Assembly (NCBI GenBank): GCA_043808405.1
Contig: JAZDEX010000046.1
Location: forward strand, 1 to 51,056
Length of the DNA stretch: 51,056 bases
Direction of reading: 5' to 3'
Origin: Candidatus Omnitrophota bacterium
Lineage (GTDB): Bacteria > Omnitrophota > Gorgyraeia > Gygaellales > Profunditerraquicolaceae
The position numbers and the translations under genes are program-made. Position 1 is the stretch's first letter. Every line of letters begins with the position of its first letter. Under the pieces are notes generated by a model. That model saw only the letters and a program-made list of their open reading frames with translations, made no database searches and was not told the DNA's origin. Positions 26,058 to 36,236 of this stretch are shown here, piece after piece.

Positions 26058-26172
26058 TTCACTGAAGCGCTGAGTTATTTTCTAATTTATTTCCTTACTG
26101 AGGCACTGAGGTTTGCCAATATTTCAGTGCCTCAGCGGGCTTTGTAGTTATTCTTCTTTTCAGTGTCTCAGT
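26058..26172. repeat. Family C element: CACTGARR octamer doublets in inverted orientation
   Basis: cactgaagcgctgag and tactgaggcactgag, then tcagtgcctcag and tcagtgtctcagtg. Perfect 12-bp stem at 26097-26108 / 26123-26134. Confidence 0.85.
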
Positions 26173-26173
26173 G

Positions 26174-26359
26174 TTACCAGCTGGCTTTTTTTACGCCCGG
26201 AATCAGCCCAGCCCAAGCAAGTTCCCTAAAACAGATCCTGCAAAGCTTAAACCTGCCTAAAAATCCGCCTGAACGGCCGCAAATACTGCAGCGGTTATAC
26301 GCGCGGGTAGAAAATTTAGCCGGCCTTTTCCATCTTGCTAGTTGTGAATTTTTTGCCAT
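26174..26359 (-). CDS. rpsZ: 30S ribosomal protein S14, type Z (zinc-binding)
   Basis: 61 aa; CSICGRSGG...CRICFRE. Confidence 0.95.
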   Translation of the reverse strand: MAKNSQLARWKRPAKFSTRAYNRCSICGRSGGFLGRFKLCRICFRELAWAGLIPGVKKASW

Positions 26360-26362
26360 TTT

Positions 26363-26911
26363 TTATTTGTGCTCAAAAGGCATGCCGAGTAATTTTAATA
26401 ATTCCTGGGCTTGTTCTTTTGATTTCACGTTTTTAATTACGAAAGTTATATCCATACCCTGCGCGCGGCCAATTCTATCGTATTCGATCTCCGGGAAAAT
26501 ACTTTGATCTTTGATGCCTAAAGTATAATTGCCAGCCTTATCGAACGAACTATTCGGCACGCCGCGAAAGTCGCGAATGCGCGGCAATGAAATATTTACA
26601 AACCTATCCAAAAACTCATACATCATTGCTCTGCGTAAAGTTACTTTGCAGCCTACGGGCGCGTTCTCCCTAACTTTAAAATTTGAAATGGCTTTTTTGG
26701 CGCGGCGCATAATCGGCTTTTGCCCGGTAATAACACTTAAGTCATCCATGGCCTTATCCATTATTTTGACATCCGCAAGCGCTTCGCCTACGCCCATATT
26801 TACTACGATTTTGTCCAAATGCGGGACAGCCATTTTATTCTTTAAATTAAACTTCTGCATTAAAGCAGGAGAAATTTCATTTCTAAATTTTTCGTGTAAT
26901 CTTGCTTTCAT
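26363..26911 (-). CDS. rplE: 50S ribosomal protein L5
   Basis: Conserved operon position; VVNMGVGEA motif. Confidence 0.95.
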   Translation of the reverse strand: MKARLHEKFRNEISPALMQKFNLKNKMAVPHLDKIVVNMGVGEALADVKIMDKAMDDLSVITGQKPIMRRAKKAISNFKVRENAPVGCKVTLRRAMMYEFLDRFVNISLPRIRDFRGVPNSSFDKAGNYTLGIKDQSIFPEIEYDRIGRAQGMDITFVIKNVKSKEQAQELLKLLGMPFEHK

Positions 26912-26923
26912 TTTTTACTCTTT

Positions 26924-26949
26924 CCCTAAACCCTATCTACTACCTACTG
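26924..26949. repeat. Family B TAG-heptamer array
   Basis: Plus strand ccctaaaccctatctactacctactg, in the rplX-rplE spacer. Confidence 0.8.
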
Positions 26950-26952
26950 TTT

Positions 26953-27264
26953 TTAAACTACCTCACTACAGGCTTTGCAAAATCTTGCTTTTTTGCCGTC
27001 GGCTAAAGTCTTAATGCCAATTCTTGTCGGGCGGCTGCAATGGCCGCATAAAAACATCAAATTTGATAAAGACATAGGCGCTTCAATTGAAATTATACCG
27101 CCCTTTTGATCCTGGCGAGTTTGCTTCTTGTGTTTTTTGACTAAATTAACACCTTCAACTAAAGCCTTGGATTTCGCGGTAAAGATAGCCAGGACCTTTC
27201 CTTTTTTACCGGCATCCTTGCCTTTAATTGCTTGAACCATATCGCCTTTTTTTATTTTAAACAT
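26953..27264 (-). CDS. rplX: 50S ribosomal protein L24
   Basis: IKKGDMVQAIKGKDAGKKGKV KOW motif. Confidence 0.95.
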   Translation of the reverse strand: MFKIKKGDMVQAIKGKDAGKKGKVLAIFTAKSKALVEGVNLVKKHKKQTRQDQKGGIISIEAPMSLSNLMFLCGHCSRPTRIGIKTLADGKKARFCKACSEVV

Positions 27265-27633
27265 TTATAGGACCTCAGGTGCTAACGAAATAATTTTAGT
27301 GAAATTTTTCTCTCTTAATTCGCGCGCGACTGGCCCGAATACGCGGGTGCCTTTAGGATTATTTTGATTATCAATAAAAACAATGGCATTGCGGGCAAAT
27401 CTTAAAACCGAACCGTCAGCTCTTTTAATCGCTTCTTTAGTGCGTACGATTACCGCCTTAGCCACTTCACCTTTTTTAACTGTAGCGCCCGGTGAAGACT
27501 CTTTAATATGAACATTAATTATATCCCCTATCTTGGCATTAGGAGAATTTCCCTTGCCAAAAACCTGGATATAAGCGGCTTTTTTAGCGCCGGTATTATC
27601 CGCGACTTCTAGAATTGAGCGTAACTGAATCAT
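27265..27633 (-). CDS. rplN: 50S ribosomal protein L14
   Basis: [17 protein letters not shown]. Confidence 0.95.
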   Translation of the reverse strand: MIQLRSILEVADNTGAKKAAYIQVFGKGNSPNAKIGDIINVHIKESSPGATVKKGEVAKAVIVRTKEAIKRADGSVLRFARNAIVFIDNQNNPKGTRVFGPVARELREKNFTKIISLAPEVL

Positions 27634-27911
27634 ACTACATCCTCTTTTAATACTACTTTCGGTGTTTCAATCTTTTTTATGATTTCCAATACCCTAAAAA
27701 ATTTATCTTTAGATAAAGGCCTAGTTTCTTGTATGCGCACCACGTCGCCTAATTTCGCCGCGCTTTTTTCATCATGGGCCTTATATTTTTTATAGCTTTT
27801 TATAACTCTGCTGTATTTAGGGTGCTTGCTGATTGAGGTAACCTTAACTACAACCGTTTTTTGCATTTTATCCCCGACTACAGTCCCGATAAATTCCTTT
27901 TTTCTACCCAT
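27630..27911 (-). CDS. rpsQ: 30S ribosomal protein S17
   Basis: [16 protein letters not shown]. Confidence 0.95.
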   Translation of the reverse strand: MGRKKEFIGTVVGDKMQKTVVVKVTSISKHPKYSRVIKSYKKYKAHDEKSAAKLGDVVRIQETRPLSKDKFFRVLEIIKKIETPKVVLKEDVV

Positions 27912-28102
27912 TATTTAGTATCCTTCTTATTTAACAGCGTATTAGCCCGCGCTATCGTTCTTTTTAGGACAGAAAACATATGCGGTTTTTCAAGTGAGCC
28001 CGCATAACGCTGCGCGTTTAATTTAAAAAGTTCTTCTTTTAAGCTTTTTATTTTAGCCGTAAGCTCTTCTTTGGAAAGCGCGGTTAATTCTTGCATTTTC
28101 AT
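27911..28102 (-). CDS. rpmC: 50S ribosomal protein L29
   Basis: 63 aa, between rplP and rpsQ. Confidence 0.9.
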   Translation of the reverse strand: MKMQELTALSKEELTAKIKSLKEELFKLNAQRYAGSLEKPHMFSVLKRTIARANTLLNKKDTK

Positions 28103-28107
28103 AATAA

Positions 28108-28524
28108 TTACCTCTGTGTGCGAGTAACAAATTTAGTTCGCATCGGCAGCTTATAGGCTGCGCCACGGAAACAGCGCCTGGCAAACTCTTCAGGTACGCC
28201 GCCTAATTCAAATAAAATCCGGCCGCGTTTAACTACCGCAACCCAGTGATCCAGGTCGCCCTTACCTTTACCCATACGCACTTCTGCCGGCTTTTTCGTT
28301 ATAGATTTATCGGGAAAGATTCTAATCCACATCTTTCCGCCCTTATGTAATTGGCGGGCCAAAATTACGCGCACTGCTTCAATCTGAGTATTTTTAATCC
28401 AGCCATTCTCTAAAATTTTAAGCCCGAATTCACCAAAAGCTAATTCTGCTCCGGTCGTAGCTACGCCGCGGCGTTGTCCGCGTTGCAGCTTACGATATTT
28501 TACTCTCTTGGGCATTAAAACCAT
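28108..28524 (-). CDS. rplP: 50S ribosomal protein L16
   Basis: [13 protein letters not shown]. Confidence 0.95.
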   Translation of the reverse strand: MVLMPKRVKYRKLQRGQRRGVATTGAELAFGEFGLKILENGWIKNTQIEAVRVILARQLHKGGKMWIRIFPDKSITKKPAEVRMGKGKGDLDHWVAVVKRGRILFELGGVPEEFARRCFRGAAYKLPMRTKFVTRTQR

Positions 28525-28536
28525 TTGATTACCGCC

Positions 28537-29250
28537 TTATTTATTAGTATTTTTAACATTAACCGGCGCTCCTGTTTCCAGGATGCCTACATTTTTAATG
28601 CTTACGGGCTTAGCGCCTCTTTTAGTTAAAATATCGCCTTTATAAATCCACGATTTAATTCCAATCAAGCCGTATGTAGTTGCGCTTTCAGAAAAACCAT
28701 AATCTATATCTGCGCGGAATGTTGATAAAGGAATCTTTCCCTGTTTATAAGTCTCGGTGCGGGACATTTCAGCGCCATTTAATCTTCCGGAGCAAGTAAT
28801 TTTAACCCCTTTTGCGCCGGAATTCATTGATTGCTCAATAGCGCGTTTTACCGCGCGGCGGAAAGCGATGCGTTTTTCAAGCTGCGCGGCAACATTTTCC
28901 GCGACTAACTGCGCGTCAAGCCCGGGATTTTTAATTTCTTCGACATCAATAGCTAGCTCTTTTTTAACTAGGGCATTTAAATCTTCGCGCAATTTCTCAA
29001 TATCCGCGCCATGACGGCCAATAATCAGGCCGGGCCTGGCTGTGCAAATTTTAATTTTAACTTTTTCCGCCAATCTTTCAATTATAATGCGGGCAACTGC
29101 CGCCTGCTTAAATCTTTTCTTAATTAATTTTCTGATCTCGTAATCTTCCTTAATAAACCGCGCGAAATCTTTAGGATTGGCATACCATCTTGAATGCCAT
29201 GTTCTAATAAATCCTATTCTTTGAATAAATGGATTAACTTTATGTCCCAT
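28537..29250 (-). CDS. rpsC: 30S ribosomal protein S3
   Basis: MGHKVNPFIQRIG; KH domain GRHGADIEKL. Confidence 0.95.
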   Translation of the reverse strand: MGHKVNPFIQRIGFIRTWHSRWYANPKDFARFIKEDYEIRKLIKKRFKQAAVARIIIERLAEKVKIKICTARPGLIIGRHGADIEKLREDLNALVKKELAIDVEEIKNPGLDAQLVAENVAAQLEKRIAFRRAVKRAIEQSMNSGAKGVKITCSGRLNGAEMSRTETYKQGKIPLSTFRADIDYGFSESATTYGLIGIKSWIYKGDILTKRGAKPVSIKNVGILETGAPVNVKNTNK

Positions 29251-29253
29251 GCA

Positions 29254-29592
29254 TTACTCTCCAGACTTAAGGTCTAATTCAATTTTAACATGCGAAGTTC
29301 TTTTTAAAATCGGCGCTGCCCGGCCAAAGGCGGCTGCTTTAAAACGTTTCCACGACGGCCCGACATTACAAATAATCTTTGAAATATATAATTGATCAGG
29401 GTTAAATCCCTTAACTTTAGCATTAGCGATTGCCGATTTTAATATCCTAAGCAAATGTTCTTTGGGCCTTTTGTTTAAATTAGTAAGTATGCTGACCGCC
29501 TCAAGAGCCTCTTTACCGCGAATTAAATCCATTACCTGCCTAACCTTAGGCGGGCTTAATCGTATAAATTTATGTTCAGCTTTAGCTATCAT
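29254..29592 (-). CDS. rplV: 50S ribosomal protein L22
   Basis: RLSPPKVRQVMDLIRGK. Confidence 0.95.
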   Translation of the reverse strand: MIAKAEHKFIRLSPPKVRQVMDLIRGKEALEAVSILTNLNKRPKEHLLRILKSAIANAKVKGFNPDQLYISKIICNVGPSWKRFKAAAFGRAAPILKRTSHVKIELDLKSGE

Positions 29593-29603
29593 ATTTTTCT
29601 TTT

Positions 29604-29637
29604 CCCTAAATGCTATCTACTAACTACTGCCTACTGC
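29604..29637. repeat. Family B TAG-heptamer array
   Basis: Plus strand ccctaaatgctatctactaactactgcctactgc, in the rpsS-rplV spacer. Confidence 0.8.
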
Positions 29638-29639
29638 TT

Positions 29640-29927
29640 TTATGTTTTTTCTACAGCTTTTTTGGATTTGACGCCGCCATGTTTTTTAAATATGCGGCTG
29701 GGGGAAAACTCGCCTAATTTATGCCCGACCATGTTTTCCGTAACAAATACCGGGATATGTTTTCTGCCGTCATAGACTGCGAAAGTTAATCCCACAAAAT
29801 CAGGAATAATTGTTGAGCGCCTTGACCAGGTTTTAATTGCTTGCCGGCTAGTCGATTTCCTGACTCGATCAGCTTTTTTAATCAATTTTTCTTCTACGTA
29901 TGGCCCTTTTTTTAATGAACGTGGCAT
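29640..29927 (-). CDS. rpsS: 30S ribosomal protein S19
   Basis: [11 protein letters not shown]; [11 protein letters not shown]. Confidence 0.95.
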   Translation of the reverse strand: MPRSLKKGPYVEEKLIKKADRVRKSTSRQAIKTWSRRSTIIPDFVGLTFAVYDGRKHIPVFVTENMVGHKLGEFSPSRIFKKHGGVKSKKAVEKT

Positions 29928-29929
29928 GC

Positions 29930-30763
29930 TTATTTCCTTCTCTTGGCGATAAATTTATTAGAATATTTGACTTTCTTTCTGGTCTTGTAGCCTTTAGTCG
30001 GCTTACCCCACGGAGTGACTGGATGAGGATTACCTTGTCCGGACTTTCCTTCTCCCCCGCCGTGCGGATGATCTACCGGATTCATAGCTAAGCCTCGAAC
30101 GGTCGGCCTAATCCCGAGCCAGCGGCTGCGCCCGGCCTTACCTATACTTATAGCTTCATGCTCAATATTGCTAACTTGTCCAATACTGGCATGGCAATCT
30201 AAGCTTACTAATCGGACTTCGCCTGAAGGCAGCTTAATATGCGCAATATCATTTTCTTTGGCCATAATCTGGGCAGAGCCGCCTGCGCTGCGCACAATCT
30301 GGCCGCCTCTACCTTTAAATAATTCTATATTGTGTATTAATGTGCCGGAGGGAATATTCCGCAATAACATGCAATTACCCGGTTTAATATCAATATCTTT
30401 CTGGTTAGAGGCAATTATCGTATCGCCGACATTTAAACCCACCACGGCAATAATATATTTTTTCTGCTTATTAGGGTATTCTACTAAAGCAATCCTTGAT
30501 GAACGATTAGGGTCATATTCAATCGCAATAACCTTTGCCGGTGAATCTATAATATCGCGCTTAAAATCAATTAGGCGCAGCATTCTCTTGTGCCCGCCAC
30601 CGTGATGCCGGACGGTAATGCGGCCATAGGAATTTCTGCCGCCGGTCCTTTTTTTCGGGACAAGTAAGGATCTTTCCGGTTTATCTTTAGTGATTTCAGC
30701 GAAATCAGGCCCGGTCATCCACCTTCTTGAAGCTGTTGTAGGATTGAATTTCTTTATACTCAT
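29930..30763 (-). CDS. rplB: 50S ribosomal protein L2
   Basis: [18 protein letters not shown]. Confidence 0.95.
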   Translation of the reverse strand: MSIKKFNPTTASRRWMTGPDFAEITKDKPERSLLVPKKRTGGRNSYGRITVRHHGGGHKRMLRLIDFKRDIIDSPAKVIAIEYDPNRSSRIALVEYPNKQKKYIIAVVGLNVGDTIIASNQKDIDIKPGNCMLLRNIPSGTLIHNIELFKGRGGQIVRSAGGSAQIMAKENDIAHIKLPSGEVRLVSLDCHASIGQVSNIEHEAISIGKAGRSRWLGIRPTVRGLAMNPVDHPHGGGEGKSGQGNPHPVTPWGKPTKGYKTRKKVKYSNKFIAKRRK

Positions 30764-30770
30764 TGCGTTT

Positions 30771-30843
30771 TAGTAGGTAGTAGTTAGTAGATAGCATTTA
30801 GGGACACTACCCTAAACCCTACCTACTACCTACTAACTACTAC
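30771..30843. repeat. Two family B arrays head-to-head (imperfect ~33-nt inverted repeat)
   Basis: tagtaggtagtagttagtagatagcatttaggg - acacta - ccctaaaccctacctactacctactaactactac. The right arm overlaps the rplW stop. Confidence 0.85.
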
Positions 30844-31114
30844 TCTCTATTTTTTGTCCTTTTTTCAAAGTTACTACTGCTTTCTTAAGGTCTGGAGTTT
30901 TACCCAGCTGATACCGGACTTTGCGCATTTTTCCATGAGTTACGAATACATTCACATCTGCTACTTTTACCTTATATATATCTTCCACCGCGCGCTTAAT
31001 CTGAATTTTATTGCTTTTTTTATCCACCAGAAAAAGATATTTACCTTTAGGCTGATAGAGGTTAGACTTTTCGGTTGTAATCAATGTTTTAATTACGTCG
31101 TATGGGCTATTCAT
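30833..31114 (-). CDS. rplW: 50S ribosomal protein L23
   Basis: ITTEKS motif. The last codons, AGT AGT AGT TAG, are part of the repeat. Confidence 0.95.
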   Translation of the reverse strand: MNSPYDVIKTLITTEKSNLYQPKGKYLFLVDKKSNKIQIKRAVEDIYKVKVADVNVFVTHGKMRKVRYQLGKTPDLKKAVVTLKKGQKIESSS

Positions 31115-31758
31115 TTCTTTATTCTCTTAGTTAGTTCTTCTAAGCCCTTTTTAGTAACAATTATTTTATGCGCGATTAAAGTTTCGTAAGCATTCGCGTC
31201 TTTGCTTGAATTAAATTTTAGAAAATCAATATTGCGCAGGGACAGCTTAGCATTGTTATCTACATTATCCAGTAATAAAAGAATCTTGCTGATTCTATTA
31301 GTTTTCTTCGGATTAACTTTTAAATTGGTAAATAGCTTAACCACTTCTTTAGTTTTCGTTGAGCTAATAATAAAATCATCAATTATTATTAAATTATTTT
31401 CATTAACTTTCGCGTTTAAACTTGATCTCAAGGCCACAGCTTTAATTTTTTCCGGGATCCTAACTGAAAAATCCCTGGGGTGCGGGCCAAATACAACGCC
31501 GCCATGGCGCCATAAAGGCGAACGGGTTGAACCTACGCGCGCGCGCCCCGTTCCTTTTTGCTTCCAAGGCTTTTTGCCGCCGCCGGAAACTTCGCCACGG
31601 GTTTTTGTCGACGCTAAGCCACATCTTTGATTGGCGCGAAATGCGGTAATCGCCTGATGCAAAGCTGCGGTATTAACTTCACCATTAAAGGCTTCTTTAT
31701 CAAGCTCTATTGTTTCTACTTCTTTGCCTTCAAAATTATATACGGGTAATTTCGTCAT
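31111..31758 (-). CDS. rplD: 50S ribosomal protein L4
   Basis: SGGGKKPWKQKGTGRAR. Confidence 0.95.
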   Translation of the reverse strand: MTKLPVYNFEGKEVETIELDKEAFNGEVNTAALHQAITAFRANQRCGLASTKTRGEVSGGGKKPWKQKGTGRARVGSTRSPLWRHGGVVFGPHPRDFSVRIPEKIKAVALRSSLNAKVNENNLIIIDDFIISSTKTKEVVKLFTNLKVNPKKTNRISKILLLLDNVDNNAKLSLRNIDFLKFNSSKDANAYETLIAHKIIVTKKGLEELTKRIKK

Positions 31759-31766
31759 AGATAAAA

Positions 31767-32465
31767 TTATTTCTTTGCCTTAGCTGCTGCCGGTTTTGCT
31801 GCAGGAGCAACTTTTGCTGCGACCGGGGCGCTCTGCGGCTTCAGGACTCTTGATTTTCTTTTCTTCGCCCTATTGACAACTAGATACGAATTATCAAAAC
31901 CGGGAACAGCGCCTTTGATTAATAATAAATTGTTATCCACATCTACTTTTATTACTTCTAGATTCTGAATAGTAACTTGCTTATGCCCCATATGCCCGGG
32001 TAGATGATGCCCTTTAAATACGCGGCCTGGAGTGGTGCTTGAACCCATAGAACCTACGCGGCGATGCGACGTTGAGCCATGAGTCGCCGGACCGCCTTGC
32101 CAATGCCATCGTTTCATGCCACCCTGAAAACCTTTGCCAATAGAAATACCGGTAACATCTACAAAATCTCCCGGCTTAAATAAATCCGCTTTAATTTCTT
32201 CGCCGACCTTATATTCTCTTCCTACCACTTTCGCAACTTCTTTAATTACTTTACGCGTGGATATATTAATTTTCTTAAAATATCCTGACACGGGTTTCTT
32301 CAATTTTTTCTCTATAATCGCGTCAAATCCTAATTGAACAGATTTATCTTTCACCGCTAATATAGGGCATGGACCAGCCTCAATTGCGGTCACACCAACT
32401 TGATTACCATCATCGGTAAATACTTGCGTCATTCCAATTTTTTTACCTAACAAACCCCTTGCCAT
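31767..32465 (-). CDS. rplC: 50S ribosomal protein L3 with Ala/Lys-rich C-terminal tail
   Basis: GLLGKKIGMTQVF; FQGGMKRW. Confidence 0.95.
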   Translation of the reverse strand: MARGLLGKKIGMTQVFTDDGNQVGVTAIEAGPCPILAVKDKSVQLGFDAIIEKKLKKPVSGYFKKINISTRKVIKEVAKVVGREYKVGEEIKADLFKPGDFVDVTGISIGKGFQGGMKRWHWQGGPATHGSTSHRRVGSMGSSTTPGRVFKGHHLPGHMGHKQVTIQNLEVIKVDVDNNLLLIKGAVPGFDNSYLVVNRAKKRKSRVLKPQSAPVAAKVAPAAKPAAAKAKK

Positions 32466-32501
32466 TTTATTTATTCCTTTAATCCGCGCTTCGCCTTTAG
32501 T

Positions 32502-32801
32502 TTATTTTATTTCTACGTCTACGCCAGCGGATAAATTAAGCTTTCTTAATGCGTCGATGGTTTTGGATGTCGGCTCATAGATGTCAATAAGTCTCTTATG
32601 CGTGGAGAGGCCAAACTGTTCGCGGGATTTTTTATCAATTACCGGAGAACGCAAAACAGTGTAGATTTCCTTCTTTGTCGGAAGCGGGACCGGCCCCGAT
32701 ATTTTGGCGCCGGTACGCTTCACAGTATCCACAATCTCTGTTACTGCCTGATCCAACAGACGATGATCGTAAGCTCTTAATCTGATTCGAATCTTTTGCA
32801 T
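32502..32801 (-). CDS. rpsJ: 30S ribosomal protein S10
   Basis: [14 protein letters not shown]. Confidence 0.95.
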   Translation of the reverse strand: MQKIRIRLRAYDHRLLDQAVTEIVDTVKRTGAKISGPVPLPTKKEIYTVLRSPVIDKKSREQFGLSTHKRLIDIYEPTSKTIDALRKLNLSAGVDVEIK

Positions 32802-32804
32802 TTT

Positions 32805-34004
32805 TTAAACAATAACCTCTGTAACAACACCTGCGCCTACGGTGTGGCCACCTTCGCGGATAGCAAAACGTGATTCTTTTTCTATAGCGATAGGTGTGAT
32901 CAATTCTACTTCCAAAGCAACATTATCACCGGGCATAACCATTTCCGCGCCTTCAGGTAAAGTTACCGCGCCGGTTACGTCGGTAGTACGGAAATAAAAC
33001 TGCGGCCGATAACCTTTGAAGAACGGTGTATGCCTGCCGCCTTCTTCTTTGGTCAAAATGTAAACCTGTGCTTTGAATTTGGTATGAGGGGTAATGGATT
33101 TGGAAGCAGCAATAACCATACCGCGCTCAATAGCATCTTTATCAATACCTCTTAATAAAAGGCCGACGTTGTCGCCTGCCTGGCCTTCATCAAGAAGTTT
33201 TCTGAACATTTCAATACCAGTAACTACGGTTTTTCTTACCTCTGGCCTTAAACCAATAATTTCAACTTCTTCATTGATTTTAACTTTGCCGCGTTCGATC
33301 CTGCCGGTAGCAACTGTGCCTCTACCTTCAATGCTGAATACATCTTCAACTGCCATCAGTAACGGCTTATCGGTTTCGCGGACCGGCATAGGAATAAATT
33401 CGTCCGCAGCCTTAAGTAAATCTAGGATGCATTTTGCATCTGGGCTAGCAGCATCTGCCACTAAGGCTTTAGAAGCGCTGCCTCTAATGATCGGAGTTTT
33501 ATCTCCCGGAAAGCCGTATTTAGTCAAGAGTTCCCTGACTTCCATTTCAACCAAGTCTAAAAGCTCGCTATCTGTAACTAAATCAACTTTATTCATAAAT
33601 ACAATCATTGAAGGCACATTAACCTGCTTTGCTAATAATATATGTTCTCTGGTCTGAGGCATTGGGCCGTCAGCAGCAGAAACAACTAAAATTGCGCCGT
33701 CCATCTGAGCGGCACCGGTGATCATGTTTTTAATGTAATCCGCATGTCCTGGGCAATCGATGTGAGCATAATGACGATTATCCGTTTCATATTCAACGTG
33801 CGCAACCGAAATAGTAACAACTTTTGTTTCATCTCTTACAGTGCCGCCTTTGGCAATGTCCGCATAATCTCTTGCAACTGCTTTACCTAATTTTGCTGAT
33901 ACAGCCGTAATTGCCGCGGTTAATGTGGTTTTACCGTGATCGATGTGCCCGATAGTCCCGATATTTACGTGTGGTTTTGTCCTCAAAAACTTTTCTTTAG
34001 CCAT
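32805..34004 (-). CDS. tuf: Elongation factor Tu
   Basis: [21 protein letters not shown]. Confidence 0.97.
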   Translation of the reverse strand: MAKEKFLRTKPHVNIGTIGHIDHGKTTLTAAITAVSAKLGKAVARDYADIAKGGTVRDETKVVTISVAHVEYETDNRHYAHIDCPGHADYIKNMITGAAQMDGAILVVSAADGPMPQTREHILLAKQVNVPSMIVFMNKVDLVTDSELLDLVEMEVRELLTKYGFPGDKTPIIRGSASKALVADAASPDAKCILDLLKAADEFIPMPVRETDKPLLMAVEDVFSIEGRGTVATGRIERGKVKINEEVEIIGLRPEVRKTVVTGIEMFRKLLDEGQAGDNVGLLLRGIDKDAIERGMVIAASKSITPHTKFKAQVYILTKEEGGRHTPFFKGYRPQFYFRTTDVTGAVTLPEGAEMVMPGDNVALEVELITPIAIEKESRFAIREGGHTVGAGVVTEVIV

Positions 34005-34029
34005 TAGTTCGCCCTCCGTTTAAAGGTTT

Positions 34030-36129
34030 TTATGAACGCCTTTTATTCCCTGATGTTGCAAATCCTGTAACAATTTTCTCCGCTATATGTGAAGGGACCT
34101 CTGCATAAAACGAAGGTTCCATTGTATACGATGCGCGGCCTTGTGTCAAGCTTCTTATTACAGTCGCGTAATTAAAAACTTCTGCCAATGGAATCGTCGC
34201 CCGGATAGTGCGTAAGTTAAGGCGCTGCGCAAGCGAAGAAATTTTCCCGCGGCGCGCGGATAAGTCGCCAATTACCTGCCCCATAAACTCTTCCGGCACC
34301 ACAACTTCCATATCCATGATTGGCTCCAGAAGTATAGGGCTGCCCTTTTTTAATCCTTCATTAAATCCTATTGACGCGGCCATATTAAATGCCAGCTCGG
34401 ATGAGTCAACATCATGATACGACCCGTCAATTAAAACTACTTTTATATCAGTAACCGGATATCCGGCTAATGCGCCGGAATTCGCCGCGCCTAAAATACC
34501 TTTTTTAACCGCGGGAATAAATTCGCGCGGGATGGCGCCGCTTTTTATTTTTTCTTCAAAAGTAACTCCGGTGCCGGGAGTTTCTTGCGGTTCCATTTCT
34601 AAAACTACATGCCCATATTGGCCGCGCCCTCCGGACTGCGAAATAAATTTTCCCACTGAAGAAACTTTTTTGGTAATTGTTTCGCGGTAGGCAACCTGCG
34701 GCTGGCCCACTTGCGCCTCAACATTAAATTCTCTTAAAATTCGATCAATGATAATTTCCAAATGCAACTGGCCCATACCCGCAATCAAGGTTTGCCCGGT
34801 TTCTTTATTATACGAAACGCGGAACGACGGATCTTCATCTTCTAACTTATGCAATGCCAGCCCTAATTTTTCCTGCGCGTCTTTTGTTTTTGGTTCAGTA
34901 GCTTGCTGAATAACCGGCTCAGGAAATCTCATTGCCTCGAGTAGTATTTCATTATTTTCCATGCAAAGCGTATCGCCGGTTTTTGTGTCTTTTAATCCTA
35001 CTGCCGCGGCGATCTCTCCGGTCGAAACAGATTCAATCATTTCTTGGCGATTGGCATGCATCTTTACTAACTTAGTCACGCGTTCGCGCGTTCTGCGGGA
35101 AGCGTTATAAATATAAGAACCGGCATTAAGCGTGCCGGAATAAACCCTGATAAAATTAAGCTTGCCTACAAACGGGTCAGTGGCAACTTTAAAAGATAAA
35201 GCGCAAAAAGGCGCCGCGTCATCAGCCTTAATTTCCTCAAATTCGCCGGTTTCGGGTTTCGTCCCTTTAATTGGCGGCACATCTATTGGTGAAGGTAAAT
35301 AATCACATACCGCGTCTAGCAGTAATTGCACGCCTTTATTTTTGTATGAAGAGCCGCATAAAACCGGAATGAATTTATTAGCAATAACATTTCTTCTGAT
35401 TGCCGCTTTTAAATCATCTTTACTAATTTCTTTATTTTGCAGATACGCGCCCATAATAATATCGTCTACTTCGCCAAGTTTTTCCGTTAAATCATGATAA
35501 TATTTTTTGGCTTCAGGCAGGGCGCTTAGAGGAATATCAGTCACTTCAACAATCTTGCCAGCGTCATCTTTATAAGAAACTAATTTCATTTCAACTAAAT
35601 CTATGATTCCGTTAAAATCCGCTTCGCGGCCAAAAGGCAGTTGAATTGCCGCGGCATTCGCGCCTAAGCGTTTGTGCATTTGATCAATCGCCTCAGGAAA
35701 ATTAGCTCCGGTCCTATCCATTTTATTTACAAAAGCCAGGCGCGGAACATTATAGCGGTCCGCCTGGCGCCAAACTGTTTCTGATTGTGGTTCAACGCCG
35801 CCTACGCCGCAAAAAACAACTACCGCGCCGTCTAAAACTTTTAAAGACCTTTCTACCTCAATAGTAAAATCCACGTGGCCGGGAGTATCAATTAAATTAA
35901 TATGAATATCTTTCCAAATACAAGTAGTCGCGGCAGCGGTAATAGTAATACCGCGCTCTTGCTCTTGGACCATCCAGTCCATGATCGCGGTCCCGTCGTG
36001 CACCTCGCCGATTTTATAGGTTCTTCCGGTATAAAACAGGATGCGCTCAGATGTGGTAGTTTTACCCGCATCAATATGCGCGATAATCCCGATGTTCCGA
36101 ATTTTTTCTAAAGGTATTTTTCTTGACAT
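34030..36129 (-). CDS. fusA: Elongation factor G
   Basis: [21 protein letters not shown]. Confidence 0.97.
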   Translation of the reverse strand: MSRKIPLEKIRNIGIIAHIDAGKTTTSERILFYTGRTYKIGEVHDGTAIMDWMVQEQERGITITAAATTCIWKDIHINLIDTPGHVDFTIEVERSLKVLDGAVVVFCGVGGVEPQSETVWRQADRYNVPRLAFVNKMDRTGANFPEAIDQMHKRLGANAAAIQLPFGREADFNGIIDLVEMKLVSYKDDAGKIVEVTDIPLSALPEAKKYYHDLTEKLGEVDDIIMGAYLQNKEISKDDLKAAIRRNVIANKFIPVLCGSSYKNKGVQLLLDAVCDYLPSPIDVPPIKGTKPETGEFEEIKADDAAPFCALSFKVATDPFVGKLNFIRVYSGTLNAGSYIYNASRRTRERVTKLVKMHANRQEMIESVSTGEIAAAVGLKDTKTGDTLCMENNEILLEAMRFPEPVIQQATEPKTKDAQEKLGLALHKLEDEDPSFRVSYNKETGQTLIAGMGQLHLEIIIDRILREFNVEAQVGQPQVAYRETITKKVSSVGKFISQSGGRGQYGHVVLEMEPQETPGTGVTFEEKIKSGAIPREFIPAVKKGILGAANSGALAGYPVTDIKVVLIDGSYHDVDSSELAFNMAASIGFNEGLKKGSPILLEPIMDMEVVVPEEFMGQVIGDLSARRGKISSLAQRLNLRTIRATIPLAEVFNYATVIRSLTQGRASYTMEPSFYAEVPSHIAEKIVTGFATSGNKRRS

Positions 36130-36154
36130 TTCGTTATAATGTTTTCTTTACTTC

Positions 36155-36223
36155 GTCATTCTGAGCGAAGCGAAGAATCTCTCTTTTAGATTCTTCGTCG
36201 CCCTTCGGGCTCCTCAGAATGAC
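36155..36223. repeat. Family A variant nested palindrome
   Basis: Outer stem gtcattctgag...ctcagaatgac, inner stem gaagaatc...gattcttc, side hairpin gcccttcgggc. In the fusA-rpsG spacer. Confidence 0.8.
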
Positions 36224-36236
36224 AGCGGTCTAAAAT

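Noticed and set aside
11437-30843. Heptamer and octamer repeat loci as a possible CRISPR array
   Set aside because: The units are 7-8 nt tandem repeats with no unique spacers of 25-40 nt, and no cas genes are present. The architecture is wrong for CRISPR.
19778-30843. CCCTAAA / TTTAGGG motif resembling the plant-type telomere repeat or a G-quadruplex
   Set aside because: Each copy has only one or two units with at most two to three short G-runs, embedded in a bacterial operon. That is not enough for a canonical G4, and the telomere resemblance is coincidental.
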